Assembly: GCA_964640295.1 (NCBI GenBank)
Contig: CAZXFX010000010.1
Location: 4,360-68,359 of the forward strand
DNA from: an uncultured Dehalococcoidia bacterium
Lineage (GTDB): Bacteria > Chloroflexota > Dehalococcoidia > Lucifugimonadales > UBA1123
Direction of reading: 5' to 3'
DNA length: 64,000 nucleotides
The notes under the pieces were generated by a model. It was not told the origin of the DNA, did not search any database, and saw nothing but the letters and a program-made list of their open reading frames with translations. The position numbers and the translations under genes were made by a program. Below are positions 17,919 through 26,651 of the stretch, piece after piece (position 1 is the first letter of the stretch; every line of letters begins with the position of its first letter).

Positions 17919-20396
17919 TTAGCCCCGCAGTTCCGCGTTCAGATTTCGGCTTAGCTGGCGCAGTATGTCGTTCTGGAATCGGTCGACCTGCTCGGAAGTA
18001 AGGGTGCCGCGGTCGGATTGGAACACGACCCGGAAGGTCACCGACTTGCGCCCTTCTGGCACTCCCTCACCCGCGTAGATGTCGAAGGGCGCGCTCCGAA
18101 CGACCAGCGCGTGTCGCTCGATTATGTGGCGAATTTGCGACACCGCAACATCCTCATCCACCACTATCGCCAGATCGCGATAAGACTCCGGGTATCTGCT
18201 GGAGCCTTCGTAAGTCAGATTCACTCTGCCTGCGACCGACAGCAGCGCGTCCATGCCAATCTCGAACATGGCCACCGGATACGCTTCCAGTCCAAACTTT
18301 TCCGCCACCCTGCTCTGAACCTCGCCAACGACTCCAAGCGTTACGCCGCCCGCCTTCAGGCTCGCCACGCGGCCACGCTGAAGAATAGAGTCCTCCGACG
18401 GTTCATAATCCACTTCGACGCCCAGGCCCGCGAATGCGTACTCCAGCGCTCCTTTTGCGTCAAAGAATCCCATATTCGCGTCCTCGGCTATCCAAGACGC
18501 GCCAAACCTTGGTCCCGACACCACGCCGACCAGCGTCTCGCGCTCCTCAGGCAGATCGCGCTCCTTCGCCTCCGGCTTGGGAATATACACGCGACCCACC
18601 TCGAATATGCGTATGCCTTCGCCCTGCGCTATCCGACGATTGTATGAGAGCGTGTTCAGAATGTTGGCCCTCAGGCTCGTCCGCATATACTCCCACTCGC
18701 GGCTTAGCGGGTTGGCTATGCGAAGCGGCGGGCTGGATTCATCGAGCGCGTCCACCGCTTCAAGATTCTGGAGCGTGGTCGGCGAGTACGAAATAGTCTC
18801 CTGCATTCCGGCGGCGGCAAGCAGGTCTCGAACCGTATCCTTGAGTTCCGTCATGGGCTGGGGCCGTCGGTGCGGAATCGAGCCGGACAGCATCGTCGCC
18901 GGCATAGAATCGTACCCGATTATGCGCGCCAGTTCCTCCACGAGGTCGTCCTCGATTGAGATGTCCGAACGCCAATACGGAACTTTGAGCCAGAAGGTGT
19001 CGGAGCGCTCCGATGACGGCCCCGCTTCCAGCGTCTCTATCAGGTCAATGAGTCCGCCCGGAGCGTTCGCTTCCTCGAAGCCGAGCGAAGTGAGCGTCCG
19101 CTTGATCTGGGAGGTCGGGTAGTCAACTCCCAGTACCTGCCGTATCCGCGAGCGACTGAGTTTCACGACGGGCGGCTCGCGCTTTGTTGGATAGAGATCT
19201 ATGACACCCTTGGCCGCCTTTCCGCCGCACAGGTCAACGATGAGCTTAGTGGCTCGGCGTAGAGCGATGGGCGCGAGCGCAGAGCGGATATTCCGCTCGA
19301 ATCTGTCCGAGGCGTCGGTTCTCATGCCGAGCGCGGTTCGCGTGAGTCGCGTGTTGACCGGATTGAAACTGGCCGACTCGAGCAGAACCGACGTGGTGTC
19401 CTCCGTCATCTCTGAGTTCGCGCCGCCCATTATGCCCGCCAATCCAACCGGGTCGCGCGAATCGGATATGGTGAGCATCGGCGGCTTGAGTTCGCGCGTC
19501 TCGCCATCGAGCGTCGTCAGCGTCTCCCCTTCCCGCGCCGCCCTGACGATGATAGTCGCGTCGCGGCACTTGTCGAAGTCGAAAGCGTGCAGCGGCTGTC
19601 CGTATTCCAGCATCACGTAGTTCGTTATATCTACCACGTTGTTGATCGGTCGCTGTCCCACACTGATGAGCGCGTCCCGTATCCACGCGGGCGACGGCCC
19701 TATCTTCACATCTGTAACCAGGCTGGCTGTGTAGCGATAGCACAGGTCGGAGTCGGCTATCTCTATCTCGACCTGCTCCTCTATCTCATCCCCTTCCTCT
19801 GGATATGAGGAATCCGGTTCAGCAACCTTCTCTCCAGTTATGGCGGCTACTTCATGCGCGACGCCCAGTATCGAGAGGCAGTCCGGCCTGTTGGACGTGA
19901 CCTCGGCGTCCAGAACGGCGTCGCCCAGATATTCTACGAGCGGCGTCCCCACCGGCGCGTCTTCGTCCAGAACCATAATCCCGTCGTGGTCCTCGCCGAG
20001 TCCAAGCTCCAGCGCGGAGCACACCATCCCAGCCGACTCCACTCCGCGAATCCGAGCGCGCTTCAGAGTCTCCACCTTGCCGGAGCGCGGGCTAAACATT
20101 CGCGCGCCCTCTTTGGCGAACGCGATCTTCTGTCCGGCGGCCACATTCGGCGCGCCGCACACGACCGTGGCGGTCTCGCCGCCAATGTCCACCGTGGGCA
20201 GACGCAGACGGTCCGCGTTCGGATGCGGCGCCACTTCCAGCACGCGCCCCACCACGATCTTGTCAGTATCCCAGCCATCGCCTACGACTTCCACGTCGCC
20301 GATTTCCACGCCCGCCATCGTCAGCTTATGAGCGAGATCCTGGGGCGTATCTTGAACAGATACATACTTTTTCAGCCATGAGATGGGTATTAACAT
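17919..20396 (-). CDS. pheT: phenylalanine--tRNA ligase beta subunit
   Basis: 825 aa. N-terminal tRNA-binding domain (MLIPISWLKKYV...), B3/4, B5 and FDX-ACB regions. Directly downstream of pheS. Confidence 0.95.
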   Translation of the reverse strand: MLIPISWLKKYVSVQDTPQDLAHKLTMAGVEIGDVEVVGDGWDTDKIVVGRVLEVAPHPNADRLRLPTVDIGGETATVVCGAPNVAAGQKIAFAKEGARMFSPRSGKVETLKRARIRGVESAGMVCSALELGLGEDHDGIMVLDEDAPVGTPLVEYLGDAVLDAEVTSNRPDCLSILGVAHEVAAITGEKVAEPDSSYPEEGDEIEEQVEIEIADSDLCYRYTASLVTDVKIGPSPAWIRDALISVGQRPINNVVDITNYVMLEYGQPLHAFDFDKCRDATIIVRAAREGETLTTLDGETRELKPPMLTISDSRDPVGLAGIMGGANSEMTEDTTSVLLESASFNPVNTRLTRTALGMRTDASDRFERNIRSALAPIALRRATKLIVDLCGGKAAKGVIDLYPTKREPPVVKLSRSRIRQVLGVDYPTSQIKRTLTSLGFEEANAPGGLIDLIETLEAGPSSERSDTFWLKVPYWRSDISIEDDLVEELARIIGYDSMPATMLSGSIPHRRPQPMTELKDTVRDLLAAAGMQETISYSPTTLQNLEAVDALDESSPPLRIANPLSREWEYMRTSLRANILNTLSYNRRIAQGEGIRIFEVGRVYIPKPEAKERDLPEERETLVGVVSGPRFGASWIAEDANMGFFDAKGALEYAFAGLGVEVDYEPSEDSILQRGRVASLKAGGVTLGVVGEVQSRVAEKFGLEAYPVAMFEIGMDALLSVAGRVNLTYEGSSRYPESYRDLAIVVDEDVAVSQIRHIIERHALVVRSAPFDIYAGEGVPEGRKSVTFRVVFQSDRGTLTSEQVDRFQNDILRQLSRNLNAELRG

Positions 20397-20421
20397 CTGA
20401 TCCTCAACTATCGAGCTATTC

Positions 20422-20453
20422 TCAAAACAAAACGGGCGACCGCCCGGTCGCCC
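20422..20453 (-). terminator. intrinsic-terminator-like hairpin between pheS and pheT
   Basis: The minus-strand RNA reads GGGCGACC-GGGC-GGUCGCCC followed by GUUUUGUUUUG. It lies 33 nt after the pheS stop and ~25 nt before the pheT start. Confidence 0.45.
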
Positions 20454-20485
20454 TGTATGCGCTATGAGCGGCCGGGCGGCTCGAT

Positions 20486-21538
20486 CTAACTAAACTGACG
20501 CAAAAAACGCAGGTCGTTCGAGTAGAACAAGCGGATATCTTCTATTCCGTGTTTCAGCATCGAGATACGCTCCGGCCCCATGCCGAACGCGAATCCCGTA
20601 TAGATATTCGGGTCATACCCGACACCTTCGAGCACTTTCGGATGCACCATTCCAGCGCCCATGATCTCGATCCACCCGGTATCGCTGCACACCCGGCAAC
20701 CCTCGTCGCACAGGAAGCAGTCTATCGCCATGTCAACGCCGGGTTCGACGAACGGGAAGTAGTCGCACCTGAAGCGCACCTTGCGATCCACGCCGAAGAT
20801 TCGCCGCGCGAACTCATACAACGTGCCTTTGAGGTCGGTCATAGTGATGCCCCTGTCCACCGCCAGCCCTTCTATCTGGTAGAAGTGCCACTCGTGTCTG
20901 GGGTCCGTCGCCTCATAGCGATAGCACTTGCCGGGGACGATCACCCGCACAGGAGGATCGGTCGTCTCCATAGTGCGCGCCTGCATTGGAGAGGTGTGAG
21001 TCCTGAGAAGCATGGGCCGCTCGCCGTTTTCGTCCTCGTAATCAATCCAGAGCGTGTCCCACATATCGCGCGCGGGATGGTCTTTCGGTATATTGAGCAT
21101 CTCGAAGTTGTAGTGGTCCCATTCGATCTCGGGACCCTCCACGACGCTGAATCCCATCGAGGCGAACGCGGCGCAAATCTCTCTCACGATGCGCGTTGTG
21201 GGATGGACGCCGCCTCGGGGGACGGGCCAGCCGGGCAGCGTAACGTCTATCGCGTCCACGGGCGCGGATTCCGAAGCCGCCCGTTCCAGGGCGTCGGATT
21301 TCGCCTCCATCGCCTCTTCCAGCGTTCGCCGGACAGCGTTCGCCGCCGCCCCGGCCGCTGGCCGTTCGTGGGCCGGCAGCGAACCGAGTCCACGCAATAT
21401 CTGGGTGAGTTCCCCACGCCGTCCCAGAAAAGAGACGCGCCACTCGTCAAGGGCCTCGGCGCCCGAAACGGACTCAAGGCTGTCCAACGCCTTCGACTTC
21501 AACTCTTCTATCTGTGCGGCAATAGCCGTTTCGCTCAT
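20486..21538 (-). CDS. pheS: phenylalanine--tRNA ligase alpha subunit
   Basis: 350 aa. Class II motifs (HPARDMWDT, LLRTHTSP, GFAFGMGPERI). Confidence 0.95.
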   Translation of the reverse strand: MSETAIAAQIEELKSKALDSLESVSGAEALDEWRVSFLGRRGELTQILRGLGSLPAHERPAAGAAANAVRRTLEEAMEAKSDALERAASESAPVDAIDVTLPGWPVPRGGVHPTTRIVREICAAFASMGFSVVEGPEIEWDHYNFEMLNIPKDHPARDMWDTLWIDYEDENGERPMLLRTHTSPMQARTMETTDPPVRVIVPGKCYRYEATDPRHEWHFYQIEGLAVDRGITMTDLKGTLYEFARRIFGVDRKVRFRCDYFPFVEPGVDMAIDCFLCDEGCRVCSDTGWIEIMGAGMVHPKVLEGVGYDPNIYTGFAFGMGPERISMLKHGIEDIRLFYSNDLRFLRQFS

Positions 21539-21574
21539 GCGTACCCCCGTCGCCAGCGGGCGACATCAGCCTAG

Positions 21575-21604
21575 ATTATAGATTTGCGCCGAAACGTCGG
21601 TCAA
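21575..21604 (-). promoter_or_regulatory. sigma70-like promoter for pheST
   Basis: On the minus strand: TTGACC (21604-21599), 18-nt spacer, TATAAT (21580-21575). It is followed by a short GTCGCC-CGCT-GGCGAC hairpin before the pheS ATG. Confidence 0.45.
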
Positions 21605-21708
21605 GGAAGGCATAAGGCCGCCAGTGGTCCGCAAAGGCGCGTGACCGTCGAACTGTCATGTATAATTGACGCGCCGGAAAGTATCACAACGACGAGCGGA
21701 GGTCTCCC

Positions 21709-22014
21709 ATGGCGACCCAAATCCAAAAGGTGGAAGGCATAGACCCCAGAAAGCCGCCCCATGTCTCCGAAGAAGAATGGCAAAACATACCCGAAACCAT
21801 CCCAGACTCAGAACTCCCCAAACCCCGGTTCTACACCGAAGAAGAGTGGCGCGACATAAGGGAAAGAGAAGCCCAGGAAAACTTCGGCATGAGCCTAGAC
21901 GAGTTCTTCCAAGCATGGAAAGCGGGCAAGTTCAACGGCAAACCCGAGATACACGATGCCGTCGTCGGTTTGGCGATGACGATACCTGAGGCATGGGACT
22001 GTGACACTTGGTAG
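21709..22014 (+). CDS. hypothetical small protein
   Basis: 101 aa. ATG is preceded by GGAGG and a TATAAT at 21661-21666. Overlaps the next ORF by 14 nt. Confidence 0.45.
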   Translation: MATQIQKVEGIDPRKPPHVSEEEWQNIPETIPDSELPKPRFYTEEEWRDIREREAQENFGMSLDEFFQAWKAGKFNGKPEIHDAVVGLAMTIPEAWDCDTW

Positions 22015-22348
22015 AACGCCCGCTGAGGCTGTAGGCCAATACATTGATGCAACTCAGGTACTCGTTTCATGTATAACGGATGCCGTCGTGGGCGTTGGCG
22101 GCGGCTACCATATCTCAGATATACCTCATACTCTGTCGCTCAATGAGAGACGCCCCGTCAGAATCCGGGGAGAGTCTAGGCTTTGGCTGTCTCTTCAGCA
22201 ATATTACCGGATTGCTGAATCACAAGTACCCCGAACTCGGTGGGCAGTGGTAGAAACAGGCTACCGATACAGGATCATGGACGTCGCCCAAAGAGAAATC
22301 CTAGCCTACCCCCATCGAAGGGGGAAGGGATTTTGCCTATCTTGGTAA
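22001..22348 (+). CDS. hypothetical protein whose last ~16 codons are read from a repeat element (possibly truncated)
   Basis: 115 aa. The C-terminal ILAYPHRRGKGFCLSW is encoded by repeat family R1 copy 22298-22337. Confidence 0.35.
   Translation: MTLGRTPAEAVGQYIDATQVLVSCITDAVVGVGGGYHISDIPHTLSLNERRPVRIRGESRLWLSLQQYYRIAESQVPRTRWAVVETGYRYRIMDVAQREILAYPHRRGKGFCLSW
22298..22337 (-). repeat. repeat family R1, partial core copy (copy B)
   Basis: The reverse complement AAAATCCCTTCCCCCTTCGATGGGGGTAGGCTAGGAT matches the R1 hairpin core. It forms the 3' end of ORF 22001..22348. Confidence 0.65.
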
Positions 22349-22450
22349 GCCAAAAACGGAATTTCGATACTCATCATAACTAAGTTGTTGGACCACTAGT
22401 CTATCGAGATGATATGACGACCAGTCCACCAGCTAAAATAAGACGCTGCA

Positions 22451-24415
22451 TCATGTTTCGTGGAAGTCATCAAACCAGTTGAGACCGAACTCACGTAGCC
22501 CTGGTTCTTCACAAACTACTGTCAAACTACATCCGTTTATATGACCAAGTAAGCGCGTCATCGCAACATAAAACAAGCATTTTTGCTCCGTTGTATCAAG
22601 AGACCAAAGCCATATTACTAATTGCCGCGATTCCCATCCCTTGTAACTATGAATAGTTGAAATTTTGACCTTTGGAGCTCCTTTATAGAAACGCAACTTC
22701 TTGCGACGGCTCTCTCGTTGGTCAGTGTCGAATAATTCCAAAACGTTCAAGTTGCGTCTCTGAAATTCTGTCACAATTCTCTTACCCATACTATTGCTCT
22801 GAGCTAGAATGACACAGTCAGCGTTAGCCATATCGGAAGGTAATTCCCGCATTTGCAAATCCATTTCGTCCGCGCATATTACAGATCCGTCACGTGCGCC
22901 TGGCGATAATTGAATCCAGCGCAACTTGCATGAATCTGTAATCATACTATCGCTAGTCATATCTTTTGGAATATCTACATCTTCATTCTGCAAGAACTGA
23001 CCGGCATAATCCTTAATAATAGGCAAAAGACGTGATGGTAATCGATAGCTTGACCCCAGATTAAACCAAGCCCCTCTAAATCCAGATCCAGCCATAGCCT
23101 CATCAGTCCACGCCTTTGCCCTACCATAGACATTCTGCGTCTTATCTACTGCTAGAAGACATTCACCGCCTCCATGAACCGCGCTGGATAAACATCTCCA
23201 CCAGTCCAAAGATAAATCCTGCCCCTCATCAGCAACCACGGCATCATACATAGGCAAGTCGCTGGCTTCTCGTTTGTACGCAGCGTAAACATCTCTGAGT
23301 TTAATTGCCCAAATTCCACTCTGACATTCCTCACAAAAGGTCATACGGGAGCTAGACATCTGTAATTCTACGCCACAATTCTTGCAAACCTCATGCTCCT
23401 CCGCAAAATAAGATCTATTCTTGGGTCCAGTATCTTCAACTAAACGAGATTTCCCTTCTCCTTGTAGTAACTCCCAGCAATCGCTCACCCACTTATGGAC
23501 ATACATCACCTCAAATTTACGCATCGCTCGAAAACGAAGCTGTTCATCCAAACCACACTCAGCGCGTATGTGGCGGGCTACTGCGTCTCGAAGATAGTTC
23601 ATCATCGTGATATTAAAGCATGTAACCAGAACACGCTTATTCTGCATTGCTAACAAAGCGGCCCTTCGAGCCACAACTTCAGTTTTTCCAGAACCAGCAG
23701 GACCTCGAACACGCCTAAAACCGGATTCTGTCCTTCCATCTGATCCTCGCTTCTGGTCATTATCCAATGATATTGACTCATACTGCTCACGCGCGGAGTA
23801 AGGTTCTCTCAGCCATCCTCGAAAGACTTTTACTGCTTCTTCAGATATAACGGGGCTGGAGTTATCGTAAACTAGAGGGAAAAGAGTATTCAGATAACCA
23901 CCTTTCAATGTATCTTCACCAGCAACGGGATATCGCCTAGAATATTTATCTTCATCATCGGTGCGAAGTCTTCTGCACAATTTCAAAGCTTCACTCCGAC
24001 GTACCTTTGTGAAAATCACACCGGCTGCTATGACGCCAAAGCCAGCGCCTTTAGTCAGACCGGCGCAATACAGATCCATGATCGCCTGTTTATAAGAGCG
24101 CAGTTTTCTTACTGGATTATCTCTTTCTCTACTGAATATATTCCCGCTACGATCTTTAGCCCATAGCTGTTTTTCTTTGGCAAAGTAGCGCAGGGCGCCA
24201 AAGTCCCAATCTTTAACCTCAAAGACGCCAATTCCGATCTCAGGGTGCAGAACCACGAAATCAGGCTGCAACCCGTTTAGGTGGGGCTGAATGTAAATCT
24301 CCCATCCTTCGGGTAGATGACGGTCGAAAAATTCCAACACGCGAGATTCCCCATCCGTTAGTGGAGTAGGCAAGAAATCAAGCCGTTCCAAAGCTGGTTC
24401 GATCACACGGGTCAA
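22451..24415 (-). CDS. NERD-domain nuclease fused to a UvrD-like SF1 helicase, with a zinc-ribbon insert
   Basis: 654 aa, TTG start with GGGAGA upstream.
- N-terminal NERD/PD-(D/E)xK-like segment: PDFVVLHPEIGIGVFEVKDW
- Walker A: GPAGSGKTEVV
- CxxC...CxxC: CKNCGVELQ...FCEECQ
- Walker B-like: VVADEGQDLS
- C-terminal: IHSYKGWESRQLVI and FYVAMTR

The gene is markedly AT-richer than its flanks. Confidence 0.8.
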   Translation of the reverse strand: MTRVIEPALERLDFLPTPLTDGESRVLEFFDRHLPEGWEIYIQPHLNGLQPDFVVLHPEIGIGVFEVKDWDFGALRYFAKEKQLWAKDRSGNIFSRERDNPVRKLRSYKQAIMDLYCAGLTKGAGFGVIAAGVIFTKVRRSEALKLCRRLRTDDEDKYSRRYPVAGEDTLKGGYLNTLFPLVYDNSSPVISEEAVKVFRGWLREPYSAREQYESISLDNDQKRGSDGRTESGFRRVRGPAGSGKTEVVARRAALLAMQNKRVLVTCFNITMMNYLRDAVARHIRAECGLDEQLRFRAMRKFEVMYVHKWVSDCWELLQGEGKSRLVEDTGPKNRSYFAEEHEVCKNCGVELQMSSSRMTFCEECQSGIWAIKLRDVYAAYKREASDLPMYDAVVADEGQDLSLDWWRCLSSAVHGGGECLLAVDKTQNVYGRAKAWTDEAMAGSGFRGAWFNLGSSYRLPSRLLPIIKDYAGQFLQNEDVDIPKDMTSDSMITDSCKLRWIQLSPGARDGSVICADEMDLQMRELPSDMANADCVILAQSNSMGKRIVTEFQRRNLNVLELFDTDQRESRRKKLRFYKGAPKVKISTIHSYKGWESRQLVIWLWSLDTTEQKCLFYVAMTRLLGHINGCSLTVVCEEPGLREFGLNWFDDFHET

Positions 24416-24453
24416 GTTAAATCTCCCAATGGTCTAAAATCTCATAGAGACAC

Positions 24454-25338
24454 CTACTCCCCACCTTCCGACCTCGGACCGAACGGCTCCGGCCTGAACG
24501 GACCGTCCCTAACCTCGAGGAAACCGCGCATCCCGCGCTCCATCGCGGCGTCCTGCATCTCGCTCCGATTGTAGTCCGGTCTCTGAGATGAGTGGGCGAT
24601 CGAAGAGAGAAGCCAGTTCGACGTTATCGCGTTGCGAAGCCCCATCATCTCCAGTCCAAGCGTCGCCACATATTTGTTTGCGGCGACAGTTTCAGGGCTT
24701 ATCTTGGATATGCGTTCGGCTAGGCGAAACGCCTCTTCCAGCATCGTGTCCTTGTCGGCGAATACCTCGTTGACCAGGCCGATCCGGAACGCCTCTTGCG
24801 CGTCTATGTGGTCGCCGGTGAGCGAGTAGCGCAGCGCGTTCTTGTATCCCGCCATGAGAACCCAGAGAAAGCTGGTATTCGAGATCTGGCGCACTTCGGG
24901 CTGGGCGAATACGGCGTCTTCAGAGCAGAAAGTCATATCGCAGGTCAGCGACAGCCACGTTCCGCCGCCCATGCACCAGCCGTGCACGCACGCGATTACC
25001 GGCTTGGACAGTTCCAATATATGCGTCTGATTCTTGAGCATATTCCTGTCGTGATAGAACCATCTGGAAACGTGGTCCGCCGCGCTCGCTCCCTTTGGGA
25101 TCATAGACACAGGGTCGGTTTCTCCGAACGACGCTATGTCGTAGCCCGAGCTGAACGCCCTGCCCGCTCCCTGGATTATGATGACGCGCGCCTCCGGGTC
25201 CGCCTCCGCGATGTCCAGCGCCTCGTGCAAATCCGCCTCCATCGGCTCGGTAATGGCGTTAAGGGTTTCGGGACGATTGAGCGTTATCAGCCGAATAGGG
25301 CCTTTCGCTTCGTATAGTATGTATTCGTATTCAGGCAA
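24454..25338 (-). CDS. enoyl-CoA hydratase/isomerase (crotonase) family
   Basis: 294 aa. LNRPETLNA and GAGRAFSSGYD oxyanion-hole region. Confidence 0.85.
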   Translation of the reverse strand: MPEYEYILYEAKGPIRLITLNRPETLNAITEPMEADLHEALDIAEADPEARVIIIQGAGRAFSSGYDIASFGETDPVSMIPKGASAADHVSRWFYHDRNMLKNQTHILELSKPVIACVHGWCMGGGTWLSLTCDMTFCSEDAVFAQPEVRQISNTSFLWVLMAGYKNALRYSLTGDHIDAQEAFRIGLVNEVFADKDTMLEEAFRLAERISKISPETVAANKYVATLGLEMMGLRNAITSNWLLSSIAHSSQRPDYNRSEMQDAAMERGMRGFLEVRDGPFRPEPFGPRSEGGE

Positions 25339-25536
25339 TTCGCGCCTCCGATACTGATTTACTCAAGTTGTTTGCCGGTATAGCTCCAATTATGGTGACT
25401 ATACCAAATCCGTCCTATCCGTTCATTGGCAGCGACCGAGGGGTAGCGTAACTCCGATGAGTTGCATTTACGCTGATTTATATAAATTGAAATCATGCTG
25501 ACGCCTACGCAGGTGGGCTACGGGTTACATGCTAGC

Positions 25537-25605
25537 GGGGTCTGGTACCTGCATTCGACCTGCAAACACCTGTATTCACCTGTTTACGGCTTTTTTCGTT
25601 GGTTG
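25537..25605 (-). promoter_or_regulatory. element E1: four helically phased CAGGT direct repeats plus an A-tract (copy 1)
   Basis: The reverse complement reads CAACCAACGAAAAAAGCCGTAAACAGGTGAATACAGGTGTTTGCAGGTCGAATGCAGGTACCAGACCCC. CAGGT starts are spaced 10, 10 and 11 bp apart. Near-identical to 59169-59237. Confidence 0.6.
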
Positions 25606-26537
25606 AAAATTCCGTTCATAAATATTACAAAAGGGGGGGCGGTTATGCTAAAGAAGATAACACCAATAATCATTTTGTCCCCTTCATGCTGAGTCGTCTC
25701 GACTTCATAGCTGGGCGCCGCTGGGAACTCTGGCTACTATTGATAGCCCCGCTGGCCGGAGAACTGACGCTAGGGGTATTGTCCAGAGTCTTCGAAGACG
25801 ATGTAATTGGACTTCTTCTGTGGTCACCCACTTCCGGTTTAGAGCTAGGTGATCTAACAGGCTTTTTGGTTATACGCCTGCCCATCGTCTTGGAATTGAA
25901 CGCGGCGTTGCTTCCGATTGTCATCGCTCAGAGACGCCCGATGCTATCCTATGCTTGGGGATACGCGGTTACGGCAGGTATGGTCGAAGTTGTGTCGTAT
26001 ATGGTAATTGACCTTGTGTCGGTATCGCCTTCGTCGCAGGTTGCCATCGTATTCATTCCAGCCAGTTTTGTCATGCTCTGGTTCGCCAGAAAAGCGGCTT
26101 CTATTTCATTTCCGCACTCTCTGTCAATGATCGCCATTGCAGCGGCCTTAACCGTGCCCGGGAACGTGATTCCGTCTCAGATCATTCTGCGCTTCGTCGC
26201 GCCCACGCCGGTGGAGCTATCCGCAATCATGATTATCGGAACACTCAGCGCCCAGGCGCTGGGGGTTTGGGTACTTGTCAAGGCGCAAGGCGACAATCTG
26301 GATTCGTTGAAGCAGGTCATCCGAGCCGTTGTGGTCATGTCGCTCTCAATTAGTTTGTGGGCAGTGGTAGAGTGGTGGGAACACGGCGAGTTCTTGGTGG
26401 ACGCGCGCTGGCTCAAAACGCAGGTCGTTCCCAGCCCTCTGGCCCTCATTGTCGTTTATGGGGTCGTGATGCTGATCAGTTACATTTTGCGTAGGGCATC
26501 TTCGCTCAAGCTCTTTAACAGGAGGGATTGTCCTTAG
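25599..26537 (+). CDS. polytopic membrane protein, unknown function
   Basis: About 8 hydrophobic helices. The true start may be ATG 25686 (MLSRLDF...). The 3' end overlaps hairpin repeat R2. Confidence 0.55.
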   Translation: MVENSVHKYYKRGGGYAKEDNTNNHFVPFMLSRLDFIAGRRWELWLLLIAPLAGELTLGVLSRVFEDDVIGLLLWSPTSGLELGDLTGFLVIRLPIVLELNAALLPIVIAQRRPMLSYAWGYAVTAGMVEVVSYMVIDLVSVSPSSQVAIVFIPASFVMLWFARKAASISFPHSLSMIAIAAALTVPGNVIPSQIILRFVAPTPVELSAIMIIGTLSAQALGVWVLVKAQGDNLDSLKQVIRAVVVMSLSISLWAVVEWWEHGEFLVDARWLKTQVVPSPLALIVVYGVVMLISYILRRASSLKLFNRRDCP

Positions 26538-26555
26538 ACAAGCTCAGGATGAAGG
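26530..26555 (-). repeat. repeat family R2 hairpin, copy 3 (inverted orientation)
   Basis: The reverse complement reads CCTTCATCCTGAGCTTGTCTAAGGAC. It overlaps the stop codon of ORF 25599..26537. Confidence 0.6.
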
Positions 26556-26651
26556 GGACAGACTGCCGCCTTTCTGAAAGCGCATACTGAACGCTTGAAA
26601 CTCTGTTAGTATGTGCGCTGACACGCTTATGATACTGGCGGGAGGCATGAG

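Noticed and set aside
21539-21708. T-box riboswitch or Phe-codon leader peptide upstream of pheS.
   Set aside because: The leader downstream of the predicted promoter is only ~30 nt with one short hairpin. I found no specifier-loop/T-box sequence and no Phe-rich mini-ORF.
25495-25692. 65-aa ORF in the crotonase/membrane-protein spacer.
   Set aside because: It consists largely of the E1 CAGGT-repeat element, which recurs at 59.2 kb in the opposite orientation. The conservation is at the DNA level, not the protein level.
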